Source: an uncultured Desulfospira sp.
GTDB taxonomy: Bacteria; Desulfobacterota; Desulfobacteria; Desulfobacterales; Desulfobacteraceae
Reading direction: 5' to 3'
NCBI GenBank assembly: GCA_963663165.1
Contig: OY760175.1
Location: 4,960,001 to 5,024,000, forward strand
DNA length: 64,000 nt
Shown: in pieces, positions 19,509 through 29,266 of the stretch
How the letters are laid out: each line of letters opens with the position of its first letter
How positions within the stretch are numbered: position 1 is the first letter of the stretch
Program-made: the position numbers and the translations under genes
The notes under the pieces: model-generated
Database searches by the model: none
What the model was told of the DNA's origin: nothing
What the model saw: only the letters and a program-made list of their open reading frames with translations

Positions 19509-22373
19509 ATGCATCCTTTAAAAGATATGCCCATCCGGTTTAAACTTTTTCTTGTATATGCCATTGTCACGGTCGCCATTTTAGCCGCCGGTCTTACCTT
19601 GTATTACTATACCGTCAAACATTATCTTGAAGAACAGATCCGTTCTGAACTGATCAAATCCAACCAGACCATTTCAAGCATTATAGAAACGGCTGCCAAG
19701 GTTTCCATTAAAAATTATCTCAGGGCCATTGCAGAAAAAAACCTTGATATTGTCGATCACCTTTATTCCCATGATTATCGTTTGGGGCTATTGTCCGAAC
19801 AGGAGGCAAAAAACAAGGCCGGAGAAATTCTGCTGAACCAGAAAATCGGAGAGACCGGCTATATTTATTGCATCAACAGCCAGGGAACCGTCGTGTTACA
19901 CCCAAATCAGGAAGTCATGGGACAAAATTATGCAAAGCGTGATTTTATTGCGCAGCAGATTCGGAATAAAACCGGTTATCTTGAGTATATCTGGGAAAAT
20001 CCCGGAGAAACGGGTGTGCGGCCAAAAGCCTTGGGTATGGCTTACTTTGAGCCCTGGGACTGGATTATTTCAGTTTCGTCGTACAGATCGGAGTTCTCAA
20101 GCCTGGTCTCCAATAATGATTTTCGCCAGCAAATCCTGAACATGAAATCAAACAAAGGGGAATATTCCTTTGTGATGGATTCAAAAGGAAACAGTATCGT
20201 CCATCCCGAACTTGCGAACAATCTGATGGAATATGCCGCATCCTGTGGCACCAATATTATTGAAACCATAATCCGGGAAAAAAGCGGTATCATAAACTAC
20301 CAGTGGAAAAATCCTCGGGAAACGGTATTTAAAGATAAAATTGTAGCCTATGAGTTTATACCGGATTTTGACTGGTTTATTGCATCCTGTGTGTGTAAAG
20401 AAGATGCGTTTGCGCCTCTCAAAAAGCTAAGGTCTATTTTTTATATTATTCTGGTGGCCGCCATTTTTATCATGGCCGGTGCGTCCCTGGTGGTAAGCCG
20501 GACCATTACCAATCCGTTAACCCGGATAGTTGAACGTTTCGATGCCGGCCAGGAAAATTCCCTGAAAATTATTCCGGTAACCCAAAGTCTGAAAAATGAA
20601 ATCGGCCTGCTGGAAAACAGCTATAACCAGTTTGTCCACCGATTAAATTCATACCGTCAAAGCCTGCAGGCGGAAAACAAAATTCGCAAAAAAGCAGAAA
20701 CCCAGCTGCTTTTATTTGAAACCGTATTTGAGCATGCCCATGACGGAATTTCCATCACCTCTCCTGAAGGGGAGATCCTGGCTGTAAATCAGGCGTTTAC
20801 GGATATCACCGGCTACACTCAAAAAGAGGTGATTGGACAGAATCCCAGGATACTCAAATCAGAACATCATGATTCACGGTTTTACCGAGAGATGTGGCAG
20901 TCTATCATTCACAAAGGGTGTTGGTCAGGTGAAATCTGGAATCGGAGAAAGAACGGCGAAGCCTTTCCTGAATTCCTCAGTATCAGTGCCGTTAAGGATG
21001 AACATAACCATACGAAGAATTATGTCGCGGTATTTCATGATATTTCAGAAATGAAAACCAAGGAGAAACAGATTGAACACATGGCCTACCATGATCCTTT
21101 GACCGGGCTGCCCAATCGAATTCTTCTTAAAGACCGGCTTGAACACACCATTGCCGGGGCTATGCGGAAAAACGAGATGATCCAGTTGCTGTTTATTGAT
21201 ATTGATAACTTCAAACTGGTCAACGACAGTGCCGGTCATGCCAAAGGGGATGAGTTGCTCAAAGAAGCGGCAGCAAGAATGCTGTCGGTTACCCGGGCCG
21301 GGGATACGGTGGCAAGGCTGGGGGGAGATGAATTTATCATTATGGTCACCGGTATCAATGATATGATGGAGATCATCAAGCTGGTAGAGCGGCTCCAGTC
21401 GGAATTTCATAAACCCTTTGTCATTGATGAGATTTTTTACCATCTTACCTGCAGCATCGGCATTTCCGTATTCCCCAACGATGGCAGCGACAGCGAAACA
21501 CTGCTCCGCCATGCGGATTTAGCCATGTACCATTCAAAGGGGACGGGGAAAAATAAATTCTTTTTGTTCGAACCTGAAATGGCCAGAAAGATTGCCCAGC
21601 GTATCGAAATGGAAATGGATATGCGCAGGGCCCTGGAAAATGACGAGTTCCAGGCCTATTTTCAACCCCAGGTCAACAACAGGAGCCTGAAGCCGGTGGG
21701 TATGGAGGCGTTGATTCGCTGGGTTAAAAAAGACGGCACCGTTGTTTCTCCCGGATTGTTTATTCCCCTGGCCGAAGAATCCGGTTTAATTGTACCCATT
21801 GGAAAACGGATTTTTGAAAAAGCCGTTGCCCAGATCTGTCAAATCCGTGAACAAACGGGTTATGATTTGATTGTCGCCGTCAATGTTTCTGTCCGCCAGT
21901 TTGATGAAGACGGATTTGTTCGCATGGTTGAAGAGACAATCCATAACGCCGGACTTCCGGCAGACCGCCTGAAGATTGAAATCACAGAATCTTTGCTGAT
22001 GAAAAATATTGAAAAGACAATGGCCAGACTGAAAAATCTGGCGGCCGTTGGGGTGACTACGGCTATCGATGATTTTGGAACAGGATACTCTTCTCTGGCC
22101 TATCTTAAAAGTATGCCCATCTCCATTCTGAAAATCGACAAGTCTTTTATCGACGACGTGGATAAAGATCTTGACGCACATGCACTGGTGGAAACCATTG
22201 TGTTAATGGCCAATAAGCTGAGCATGACCATTGTTGCCGAAGGTGTGGAAACCCAGGCCCAGCTTGAGAAGCTCAACATGCTCGGGGAGATGGAAATCCA
22301 AGGCTATCTATTTGCCAGACCCATGCCCATGGAAGAGACGATCGACTGGCTGGAACATAGCCGTCCAGTATAG
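19509..22373 (+). CDS. Cache-PAS-GGDEF-EAL diguanylate cyclase/phosphodiesterase
   Basis: RLGGDEF, MEALIRW, IDDFGTGYSSL; PAS GQNPRILKS; two TM helices. Confidence 0.95.
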   Translation: MHPLKDMPIRFKLFLVYAIVTVAILAAGLTLYYYTVKHYLEEQIRSELIKSNQTISSIIETAAKVSIKNYLRAIAEKNLDIVDHLYSHDYRLGLLSEQEAKNKAGEILLNQKIGETGYIYCINSQGTVVLHPNQEVMGQNYAKRDFIAQQIRNKTGYLEYIWENPGETGVRPKALGMAYFEPWDWIISVSSYRSEFSSLVSNNDFRQQILNMKSNKGEYSFVMDSKGNSIVHPELANNLMEYAASCGTNIIETIIREKSGIINYQWKNPRETVFKDKIVAYEFIPDFDWFIASCVCKEDAFAPLKKLRSIFYIILVAAIFIMAGASLVVSRTITNPLTRIVERFDAGQENSLKIIPVTQSLKNEIGLLENSYNQFVHRLNSYRQSLQAENKIRKKAETQLLLFETVFEHAHDGISITSPEGEILAVNQAFTDITGYTQKEVIGQNPRILKSEHHDSRFYREMWQSIIHKGCWSGEIWNRRKNGEAFPEFLSISAVKDEHNHTKNYVAVFHDISEMKTKEKQIEHMAYHDPLTGLPNRILLKDRLEHTIAGAMRKNEMIQLLFIDIDNFKLVNDSAGHAKGDELLKEAAARMLSVTRAGDTVARLGGDEFIIMVTGINDMMEIIKLVERLQSEFHKPFVIDEIFYHLTCSIGISVFPNDGSDSETLLRHADLAMYHSKGTGKNKFFLFEPEMARKIAQRIEMEMDMRRALENDEFQAYFQPQVNNRSLKPVGMEALIRWVKKDGTVVSPGLFIPLAEESGLIVPIGKRIFEKAVAQICQIREQTGYDLIVAVNVSVRQFDEDGFVRMVEETIHNAGLPADRLKIEITESLLMKNIEKTMARLKNLAAVGVTTAIDDFGTGYSSLAYLKSMPISILKIDKSFIDDVDKDLDAHALVETIVLMANKLSMTIVAEGVETQAQLEKLNMLGEMEIQGYLFARPMPMEETIDWLEHSRPV

Positions 22374-22689
22374 AGTTATTACAAACAGTTGTCCCTCTTT
22401 AAGAACCAAGACAATTTTTCCCCTTTGCTGCCGGGCGCAGGCCAATGGTAAACATGGTTTTTCCGTACCCTCATTTTGGGAGCGGTATGTAATTTAAAGG
22501 CGTCAAAATAAGTCTATCCCTGTCATCTTTTGTGTTCAATAAATTGAATTTACAAAACATCTTGACTTAAAATGGCTTTGAATATACTTGAACTTACAGG
22601 GGAGGACGACAATCGATAGGCGAGTCTGCCGGAACGTGCGCCGCCCCTTTAGGGACGGTGCTTTCCTACTTTCAAGAAAGGAGAATCCA

Positions 22690-25410
22690 ATGATCAGCAA
22701 AACCCTCATCGTAAACGGGATCAAGCGAACCGTTTTTGTCAATGACGACGATATGCTGTCTTCGGTACTGCGAAACAGCCTTTATCTGACCGGTGTCAAG
22801 GTCGGATGTTCAGAGGGCCAGTGCGGAGCCTGCAGCGTTATCCTGAATTCTAAACTCATCCGGTCCTGTATCACAAAGATGAAACGGGTACCCGACTATT
22901 CTGAAATTACCACCGTGGAAGGCATTGGGACCCCGGAAAAACTGCACCCCATCCAGGCGGCCTGGATGGCCCATGGCGGTGCCCAGTGCGGTTTTTGTAC
23001 CCCGGGCTTTATTGTTTCCACCAAGGTATTGCTCGATACCACCCCCAATCCCACCCGGGAAGATGTCCGGGAGTGGTTCCAGAAATATAAAAATGCCTGC
23101 CGGTGTACCGGTTACAAACAGCTGGTAGACTCGGTCATGGATGCCGCCAAGGTCATCAACGGCCAGATGTCCATGGATGACCTGATGTTCAAGATTCCCG
23201 ATGACGGCCGGATCTGGGGAACCAAATACCCCCGTCCCTCGGCCGTGGCCAAGGTCACGGGCACCTGTGATTTTGGTGCGGACTTGGGCATTAAAATGCC
23301 CGAAGGCACCCTGCGGCTGGCACTGGTACAGGCCACGATCTCCCATGCCAATATCAAAGGCATCGACGTTTCCGAAGCCGAAGCCATGCCCGGTGTTTAC
23401 AAGGTGGTCACCCACAAGGACATTCCCGGCAAGAACCGGATCTCAGGGCTCATTACCTTCCCGACCAATAAGGGCGACGGCTGGGACAGGCCCATCCTCT
23501 GTGATGAAAAGGTCTTCCAGTTCGGTGATGCCATTGCCATAGTCTGCGCCGACACGGAAAAGAACGCCAAGGCCGCAGCCGAAAAGGTAAAGGTAGACTT
23601 AGAACCGCTGCCCGAATACATGAGCGCGCCGGTGGCCATGGCCGAGGACGCCATTGAGATCCACCCGGGCACCCCCAATGTTTACTATATCCAGAACCTG
23701 AAAAAAGGCGGGGAGACCGCCCCCATCTTTGACAGTGCCGATGTGGTGGCTGAAGATGATTTTTACGTGAGCCGCCAGCCCCACATGCCCATTGAACCGG
23801 ATGTGGGATTTGCCTATCCCGGTGAGGACGGCACCCTGGTGATTCACTCCAAATCCATCGGGATCCATCTTCACCTGGCCATGATTGCACCGGGGATCGG
23901 TATTGAGCCGGAAAAACTCACCCTGGTCCAGAATCCCGCCGGCGGCACATTCGGCTATAAATTTTCCCCCACCATGGAAGCCTTGGTGGGCGTGGCCGCC
24001 CTTGTCACGGGCAAACCCGTGTTCCTGAACTACACCTGGTTTCAGCAGCAGACTTATACGGGCAAACGCTCTCCGTTCTTTACCAATGTCCGGATGGCGG
24101 CATCCAAGGACGGCGACATCAAGGCCCTGGAAGCGGACTGGAGCGTGGACCACGGACCTTACTCCGAATTCGGCGATCTTCTGACCCTGCGCGGTGCCCA
24201 GTTTGTCGGTGCCGGTTATGATATCCCCAATATCCGGGGAGAAGGCCGGACGGTCTGTACCAACCATGCCTGGGGCTCTGCCTTCCGCGGGTATGGGGCC
24301 CCTGAAATCGAGTTCCCGTCAGAATGCCTCGTGGATATCCTGGCGGAAAAGCTGGGCATGGACCCCTTTGACCTGCGGTACAAAAATGTTTACAGAAAAG
24401 GGGCCACTACCCCCACGGGCCAGACGCCTGATTCCTGGAGCCTGCCCGAGATGCTGGACCTGATCAAACCCAAATACGAGACGGCCAAAAAGGCGGCTGC
24501 CGGCAAGTCCACGGATGCTGAAAAATGCGGTGTGGGCCTCTCCATTGGTGTCTACGGCTGCGGCCTGGACGGCCCGGACGGTTCCGAGGCCCGGGTTCAG
24601 CTCAATGAGGACAACAGTATCACCCTTTTTAATTCATGGGAAGACCATGGCCAGGGTGCGGACATGGGGTCTCTGGGAACGGCCCATGAAGCCCTTCGTC
24701 CCATGGGAATTGCCCCGGACCAGATCAAGCTGGTCATGAACAATACCGCCATCACCCCCAACTCCGGCCCGGCCGGCGGTTCAAGGTCCCAGGTGGTGAC
24801 GGGGCAGGCCGTGAAAGCGGCCTGTGAACTGCTTATGGGCGCCATGAGAAAGGGTGACGGCACTTACCGCACCTATGAAGAGATGAAGGCTGAAAACATT
24901 CCTGTGGAATACAACGGCAAATGGACCGCCCCTGCCAAAGAGTGCGACGAAAACGGCCAGGGCAGCCCCTTTTCCGTTTATATGTATGGGGTATTCATGG
25001 CCGAAACTTCAGTGGATACGGCCACAGGCAAGGCCAAAGTCACCAAGATGACCGCGGTGGCTGATGTGGGCAAGATTAACAACCGTCTGGTGGTTGACGG
25101 CCAGATGTACGGCGGCCTGGCCCAGGGCATCGGGCTTGCCCTGACCGAGGACTACGAAGACATTAAAAAGCATTCCAATATGCGCGGCGCCGGATTCCCC
25201 TATATCAAGGATATCCCTGACGACATTGAATTGCACTATGTTGAGTCCCCCAGAGAACACGGCCCTTTTGGTGCGGCCGGTGTGGGCGAACTGCCCCTGA
25301 CCGCCCCTCATGCCGCGGTGATCAACAGTATCTACAATGCCTGCGGTGTCCGGGTCAAGAACCTGCCGGCGACACCGGATAAGGTGTTGGCTGGGCTTAA
25401 AGCCCTTTAA
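22690..25410 (+). CDS. mop: Molybdopterin-dependent aldehyde oxidoreductase (Mop type)
   Basis: 2Fe-2S motifs GCSEGQCGAC, QCGFC, CRCTGY; GGTFG, AFRGYG, GVGELP; 906 aa from ATG 22690 with AAGGAG RBS. Confidence 0.95.
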   Translation: MISKTLIVNGIKRTVFVNDDDMLSSVLRNSLYLTGVKVGCSEGQCGACSVILNSKLIRSCITKMKRVPDYSEITTVEGIGTPEKLHPIQAAWMAHGGAQCGFCTPGFIVSTKVLLDTTPNPTREDVREWFQKYKNACRCTGYKQLVDSVMDAAKVINGQMSMDDLMFKIPDDGRIWGTKYPRPSAVAKVTGTCDFGADLGIKMPEGTLRLALVQATISHANIKGIDVSEAEAMPGVYKVVTHKDIPGKNRISGLITFPTNKGDGWDRPILCDEKVFQFGDAIAIVCADTEKNAKAAAEKVKVDLEPLPEYMSAPVAMAEDAIEIHPGTPNVYYIQNLKKGGETAPIFDSADVVAEDDFYVSRQPHMPIEPDVGFAYPGEDGTLVIHSKSIGIHLHLAMIAPGIGIEPEKLTLVQNPAGGTFGYKFSPTMEALVGVAALVTGKPVFLNYTWFQQQTYTGKRSPFFTNVRMAASKDGDIKALEADWSVDHGPYSEFGDLLTLRGAQFVGAGYDIPNIRGEGRTVCTNHAWGSAFRGYGAPEIEFPSECLVDILAEKLGMDPFDLRYKNVYRKGATTPTGQTPDSWSLPEMLDLIKPKYETAKKAAAGKSTDAEKCGVGLSIGVYGCGLDGPDGSEARVQLNEDNSITLFNSWEDHGQGADMGSLGTAHEALRPMGIAPDQIKLVMNNTAITPNSGPAGGSRSQVVTGQAVKAACELLMGAMRKGDGTYRTYEEMKAENIPVEYNGKWTAPAKECDENGQGSPFSVYMYGVFMAETSVDTATGKAKVTKMTAVADVGKINNRLVVDGQMYGGLAQGIGLALTEDYEDIKKHSNMRGAGFPYIKDIPDDIELHYVESPREHGPFGAAGVGELPLTAPHAAVINSIYNACGVRVKNLPATPDKVLAGLKAL

Positions 25411-25413
25411 TGG

Positions 25414-25538
25414 GTGTTTGAACGAAAACTCACCCATCTGCTGCGTTGCAGGAAAAGCTGCAATCCTCACAACCCCATGGTTGCTCCGGTTGCAACTTTT
25501 CCCGCGCCTTGCATCTGGGCAACTTTTCGTCCAAACAC
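25414..25538 (+). repeat. 125-bp palindromic MITE-like element, copy 1
   Basis: TIRs GTGTTTGAACGAAAA / TTTTCGTCCAAACAC; homologous copies at 31925 and 59714. Confidence 0.85.
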
Positions 25539-25622
25539 GGGCTTTCGTTGGGATACTTTAACAGGCCGTTTGCAGGATAACCCCTTTCTGTGGACGGCCT
25601 GCTTCCTTTTGGGGGGAATCTT

Positions 25623-28190
25623 ATGGAAAAAGAGACGTTGGTCCAGTTTGAACAGCGGTGCATCCAGGAGGAACCGCCCTTTTGCACGGCTGCCTGCCCC
25701 TTTCATGTGGATGTAAAGTCCTTTTTGCAGCACATGGCCGGCAAATCTTTTGACAATGCATTTAAGGTATTGGAAAAGACCCTTCCCTTGCCTGAGGTGC
25801 TTTCCCGGATCTGCGACCATCCCTGCCAGTTGGCATGTGTCCGAAAGCCTGTTGACGAGCCCCTTGCCGTCGGCAGCCTTGAGCGGGCCTGTGCTGCCTT
25901 AAGAAGCCGGCAGAAAAAATATTTTAAGGCCCCGGCCAAGGGAAAGGCCGTGGGGATCTGGGGCTCCGGGGCGTCCAGCCTTGTGGCGGCCTGGGATTTG
26001 AGCCTGAAAGGGTATGCCGTATCCGTGTTTGAGCAGGAAAGCCTTCCTGGCGGCCACCTGAACCGGATAGACCCTTTGGTCCTGCCCCGGGCGGTGTTTG
26101 ACAAGGAGATGGACCGCCTTAAGGGATTTGGCGTCTCTTTTTTCCCGGATACGGATTTTTCAACCTTTAAGGAACGGACCGCCGATTTTCCGGCCCTGTT
26201 CATCGGCATGGATGCCCATGGGGGGCCTGAGCCTTCATCCATCCCGGAAGATGTGGATTCCTTTTCATTGAGGCAGGGTGAATCCAGATATTTCTACGGC
26301 GGATTTTCCAATGACGGCCGGCATGCCGATGGGGTTCAAAACCCGGTGATGCTGGCCTTTCAGGGCAGAAAGGCGGCCACGTCCATTGACCGGATTCTAT
26401 CCGGGGTCTCCCTTGAGGCCGGAAGGCACAAAGAGGGGGTGTTCACCACCCGGTTGGATACAGACCTTGCCAGGATCACACCAATGCCCGGGACCGGGTT
26501 TGAAAAGGCCGTGGCCGGAGAGGCACCGGACCCTGACCTTGCCGCAGCCGAAGCGGCCCGGTGCCACCAGTGTGACTGTTCTCGCTGCATCCGGGCCTGT
26601 AACAGTTTTATAGCGTCCTTTGGGGGATTTCCCGGCCGGTATGCCAGAGAAATCTACAACAACCTGTCCATTGTCATGGGAGAGCGCAAGGCCAACCTGA
26701 TGATCAACTCCTGCACCCTTTGCGATCTGTGCACCACGGTCTGCCCCAATGATTTTTCCATGGCCGACCTGTGTTTGCAGGCCAGACAGCAGATGCTTGA
26801 AGACAAGCGCATGCCGGTTTCGGCCCATGCCTTTGCTTTAGAGGAGATGGACCACGCCATGGGAGAAGAGTGCTTTTTTGCAGGCCACGCCCAAGGCCTG
26901 GACCATTCGGATGTTCTGTTTTTTCCCGGGTGCCAGCTGGTGGGGTCTGCCCCGGTTCAGGCGGCCCGGGCCTGGAACTGGCTTAAAGGGGAAAACAAGG
27001 CCACCGGTATTGTTACGGGATGCTGCGGGGCACCGGCCTTCTGGGCCGGCAGAACCGACCTTTTTGAGACGGCTGTCCTGGGGTTTAAAAAACTATGGGA
27101 AAACTTTGGCTATCCGGATGTGGTGACGGCCTGTAGCGCCTGTACCCGGATGCTGGAAAAGGCCGTGCCCAAAGAGCGGATCAAAAGCCTGTACCGGGTC
27201 ATGGCCAACGCCTGCGCCGAGCCCGAAAAAAAATGGGATCACCTGACCGTGGCCGTGGCAGACCCCTGTACCAGCCGGGATGATGCGGATACCATGGAAG
27301 CGGTCAGAGCCCTTGTCGCCCGTGCCGGTGGCAGTATCAATGAACTGGCAGCATCAGGGGAACTCACTGAATGCTGCGGGTTTGGGGGGCTGACCTTTAA
27401 TGCCAACCCCAAACTTGCCAAAACCATCATTAAACAGCGGGCCGGACAAACAGACACGGATTATCTGGCCTATTGCGCCATGTGCCGGGACCGCCTGGCG
27501 GGGACCGGCAAAAGGACTTTCCACATCCTGGACCTTTTCTGGCCCGAGGGTCTGCCCCCTGCCGGCAATAATGAAAACCCGCCGGATCCGGGTGTCCGCC
27601 CGGACCCCGGATTTTCCAGGCGGCGGATGAACCGGGTGCTGTTCAAAGCAGGCCTTGGGGCCGATCCCCTTTTGGACCCGTCCCGGGACCCGGCAGCCGG
27701 TGTGGCCACCCCCTCGGGAAAAAAGGTGGTCGTGCCGCCCGATGTACTTGAGCATATGGAGGACCAGTTCATCCTGCTTTCAGATGTTGTCGGGGTTCTG
27801 GACCATTTTGAAACCCAGTCGCCCCCGTTTTTCACCCATGGGGAAAGGGGCAGCCGCATCGTCTCTTTCCGGCCCGGCCCGGTCTGTTTCTGGGTGGAAT
27901 TTAACACCAATGAAGATGAATACCGGGTCCGGGATGCCTGGGCCCATCGCATGAGTGTTGTGGTATCGGCCTCATTTATTGAGGGCAAACCGTCCCAAGA
28001 TCATGATCCCCAAGTCCGGTGCGGCAAATGCAGCAAACCCCTGACATTTTATAAGAACCATGTGGAATACTTAGGCTCCCGGTTTGATGTGGACCTGCCC
28101 CAGTGTCCGGACTGCGGCACGCTGTTTATCAGTGCCCATTTATGCCGGACCCGGATGGCGGAAGTGGAACATATCCTTGAAGACAAATAG
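25623..28190 (+). CDS. Pyridine nucleotide-disulfide oxidoreductase/dicluster Fe-S protein with a fused DVU_1557-like C-terminal domain
   Basis: PPFCTAACP, RICDHPC, CHQCDCSRCIRAC, CTLCDLCTTVCP, CCG motifs; tail CGKC..CPDCG..RMAEVEHILEDK. Confidence 0.85.
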   Translation: MEKETLVQFEQRCIQEEPPFCTAACPFHVDVKSFLQHMAGKSFDNAFKVLEKTLPLPEVLSRICDHPCQLACVRKPVDEPLAVGSLERACAALRSRQKKYFKAPAKGKAVGIWGSGASSLVAAWDLSLKGYAVSVFEQESLPGGHLNRIDPLVLPRAVFDKEMDRLKGFGVSFFPDTDFSTFKERTADFPALFIGMDAHGGPEPSSIPEDVDSFSLRQGESRYFYGGFSNDGRHADGVQNPVMLAFQGRKAATSIDRILSGVSLEAGRHKEGVFTTRLDTDLARITPMPGTGFEKAVAGEAPDPDLAAAEAARCHQCDCSRCIRACNSFIASFGGFPGRYAREIYNNLSIVMGERKANLMINSCTLCDLCTTVCPNDFSMADLCLQARQQMLEDKRMPVSAHAFALEEMDHAMGEECFFAGHAQGLDHSDVLFFPGCQLVGSAPVQAARAWNWLKGENKATGIVTGCCGAPAFWAGRTDLFETAVLGFKKLWENFGYPDVVTACSACTRMLEKAVPKERIKSLYRVMANACAEPEKKWDHLTVAVADPCTSRDDADTMEAVRALVARAGGSINELAASGELTECCGFGGLTFNANPKLAKTIIKQRAGQTDTDYLAYCAMCRDRLAGTGKRTFHILDLFWPEGLPPAGNNENPPDPGVRPDPGFSRRRMNRVLFKAGLGADPLLDPSRDPAAGVATPSGKKVVVPPDVLEHMEDQFILLSDVVGVLDHFETQSPPFFTHGERGSRIVSFRPGPVCFWVEFNTNEDEYRVRDAWAHRMSVVVSASFIEGKPSQDHDPQVRCGKCSKPLTFYKNHVEYLGSRFDVDLPQCPDCGTLFISAHLCRTRMAEVEHILEDK

Positions 28191-28845
28191 GCCCGGCGGC
28201 CTTGAACTGACCCGCAGGTCCCTGGCAGCCTGCCAATTGCCCAAAGGCGGCCTGGTCCTGGATGCCGGGTGCGGATTCGGGGCCACGATAAGATATTTAA
28301 GACAGGCGGCAGGCCTTGCCGCCGTTGGGGTGGATGCCTGCCCGGACCGTTTGGCAGAGGGGAAAAAAGATGGCGCTTTTCCGGCGGCAGCCGCCGCACT
28401 TGAGGCATTGCCCTTTGGCCCGGCCGTGTTTGATGCCATTTTTTGTGAGTGTGTGCTCTCCCTTGTGCCGGATAAGGCGTTGTGCCTTACCCATTTTTTT
28501 GAATTGCTCAAGCCCGGGGGGCGGCTTTTGGTCACCGACCTGGTGCTGCCCGGCCATATGGCTCCGGGCGGGGCAGGCCCGTTTGTGACCTGCCTGGACG
28601 GGGCGCTGACCCTTCATGCCCTGGCCGGTGCAATGGAAAGGGCCGGGTTTAAAGTGATCTGCACCCAGGACCATACCCGGCTGTTAACACAGATGGCCTG
28701 TGAAATGGTGTTTGAACACGGCAGCCTTGCGGCCTTCTGGCAAAGCCTGACCGGCGATGTCATCAACAGCGGCCTTGCCAGGCTTTGCCGCAAAGGGAAC
28801 CTCAAACCCGAGTACTGGATGCTCATGGCTAAAAAAACGGAGTGA
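28177..28845 (+). CDS. SAM-dependent methyltransferase (DVU_1556 family)
   Basis: RPGGLELT, VLDAGCGFG, CECVLS, LKPGG; start codon uncertain (TTG 28177 chosen). Confidence 0.85.
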   Translation: MKTNRPGGLELTRRSLAACQLPKGGLVLDAGCGFGATIRYLRQAAGLAAVGVDACPDRLAEGKKDGAFPAAAAALEALPFGPAVFDAIFCECVLSLVPDKALCLTHFFELLKPGGRLLVTDLVLPGHMAPGGAGPFVTCLDGALTLHALAGAMERAGFKVICTQDHTRLLTQMACEMVFEHGSLAAFWQSLTGDVINSGLARLCRKGNLKPEYWMLMAKKTE

Positions 28846-29264
28846 TGATGGATAACCTGGAAATATTAAGATTAAAGTCTGAAGGGCTCTGCTGCAGCCA
28901 GATCATGGTCCGGCTGGTCCTGGACATGATGGACAGGGAAAATCAGGACCTGGTGAATTTCTCCCGGGGACTTTGCCTGGGGTATGGTTCGCCTGCCGGG
29001 GCCTGCGGCATCCTGACCGCCGGGATCTGTATCCTGGCCATGTACATGGCCGGGGACAATGAAAAATTCAAAAGCGTCCGGGAAACGTTTACAGGGGATT
29101 TTACGGCCCTGGCCGGCGGAACCCTGGTGTGCAAAGAGATCACCGGCTCCTTTTACCCGCAAATGAATCCGGAAAAGTGCGGCAGCCTGCTGGCCCTAAC
29201 CCATGACCGGCTGGTGGAGATCCTTATGGAAAACGGCATTGATCCGGCAGACCCGGATGTGTAA
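28842..29264 (+). CDS. C-GCAxxG-C-C family protein (DVU_1555 family)
   Basis: GLCCSQI, GLCLG, CGILTAG, conserved Cys spacing. Confidence 0.85.
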   Translation: MMMDNLEILRLKSEGLCCSQIMVRLVLDMMDRENQDLVNFSRGLCLGYGSPAGACGILTAGICILAMYMAGDNEKFKSVRETFTGDFTALAGGTLVCKEITGSFYPQMNPEKCGSLLALTHDRLVEILMENGIDPADPDV

Positions 29265-29266
29265 CC

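Noticed and set aside
22588..22689. N-terminal extensions in the ORF track (mop, and likewise hemC, lexA, queD, rpoZ)
   Set aside because: Family homology begins at downstream starts, most of which have a good RBS.
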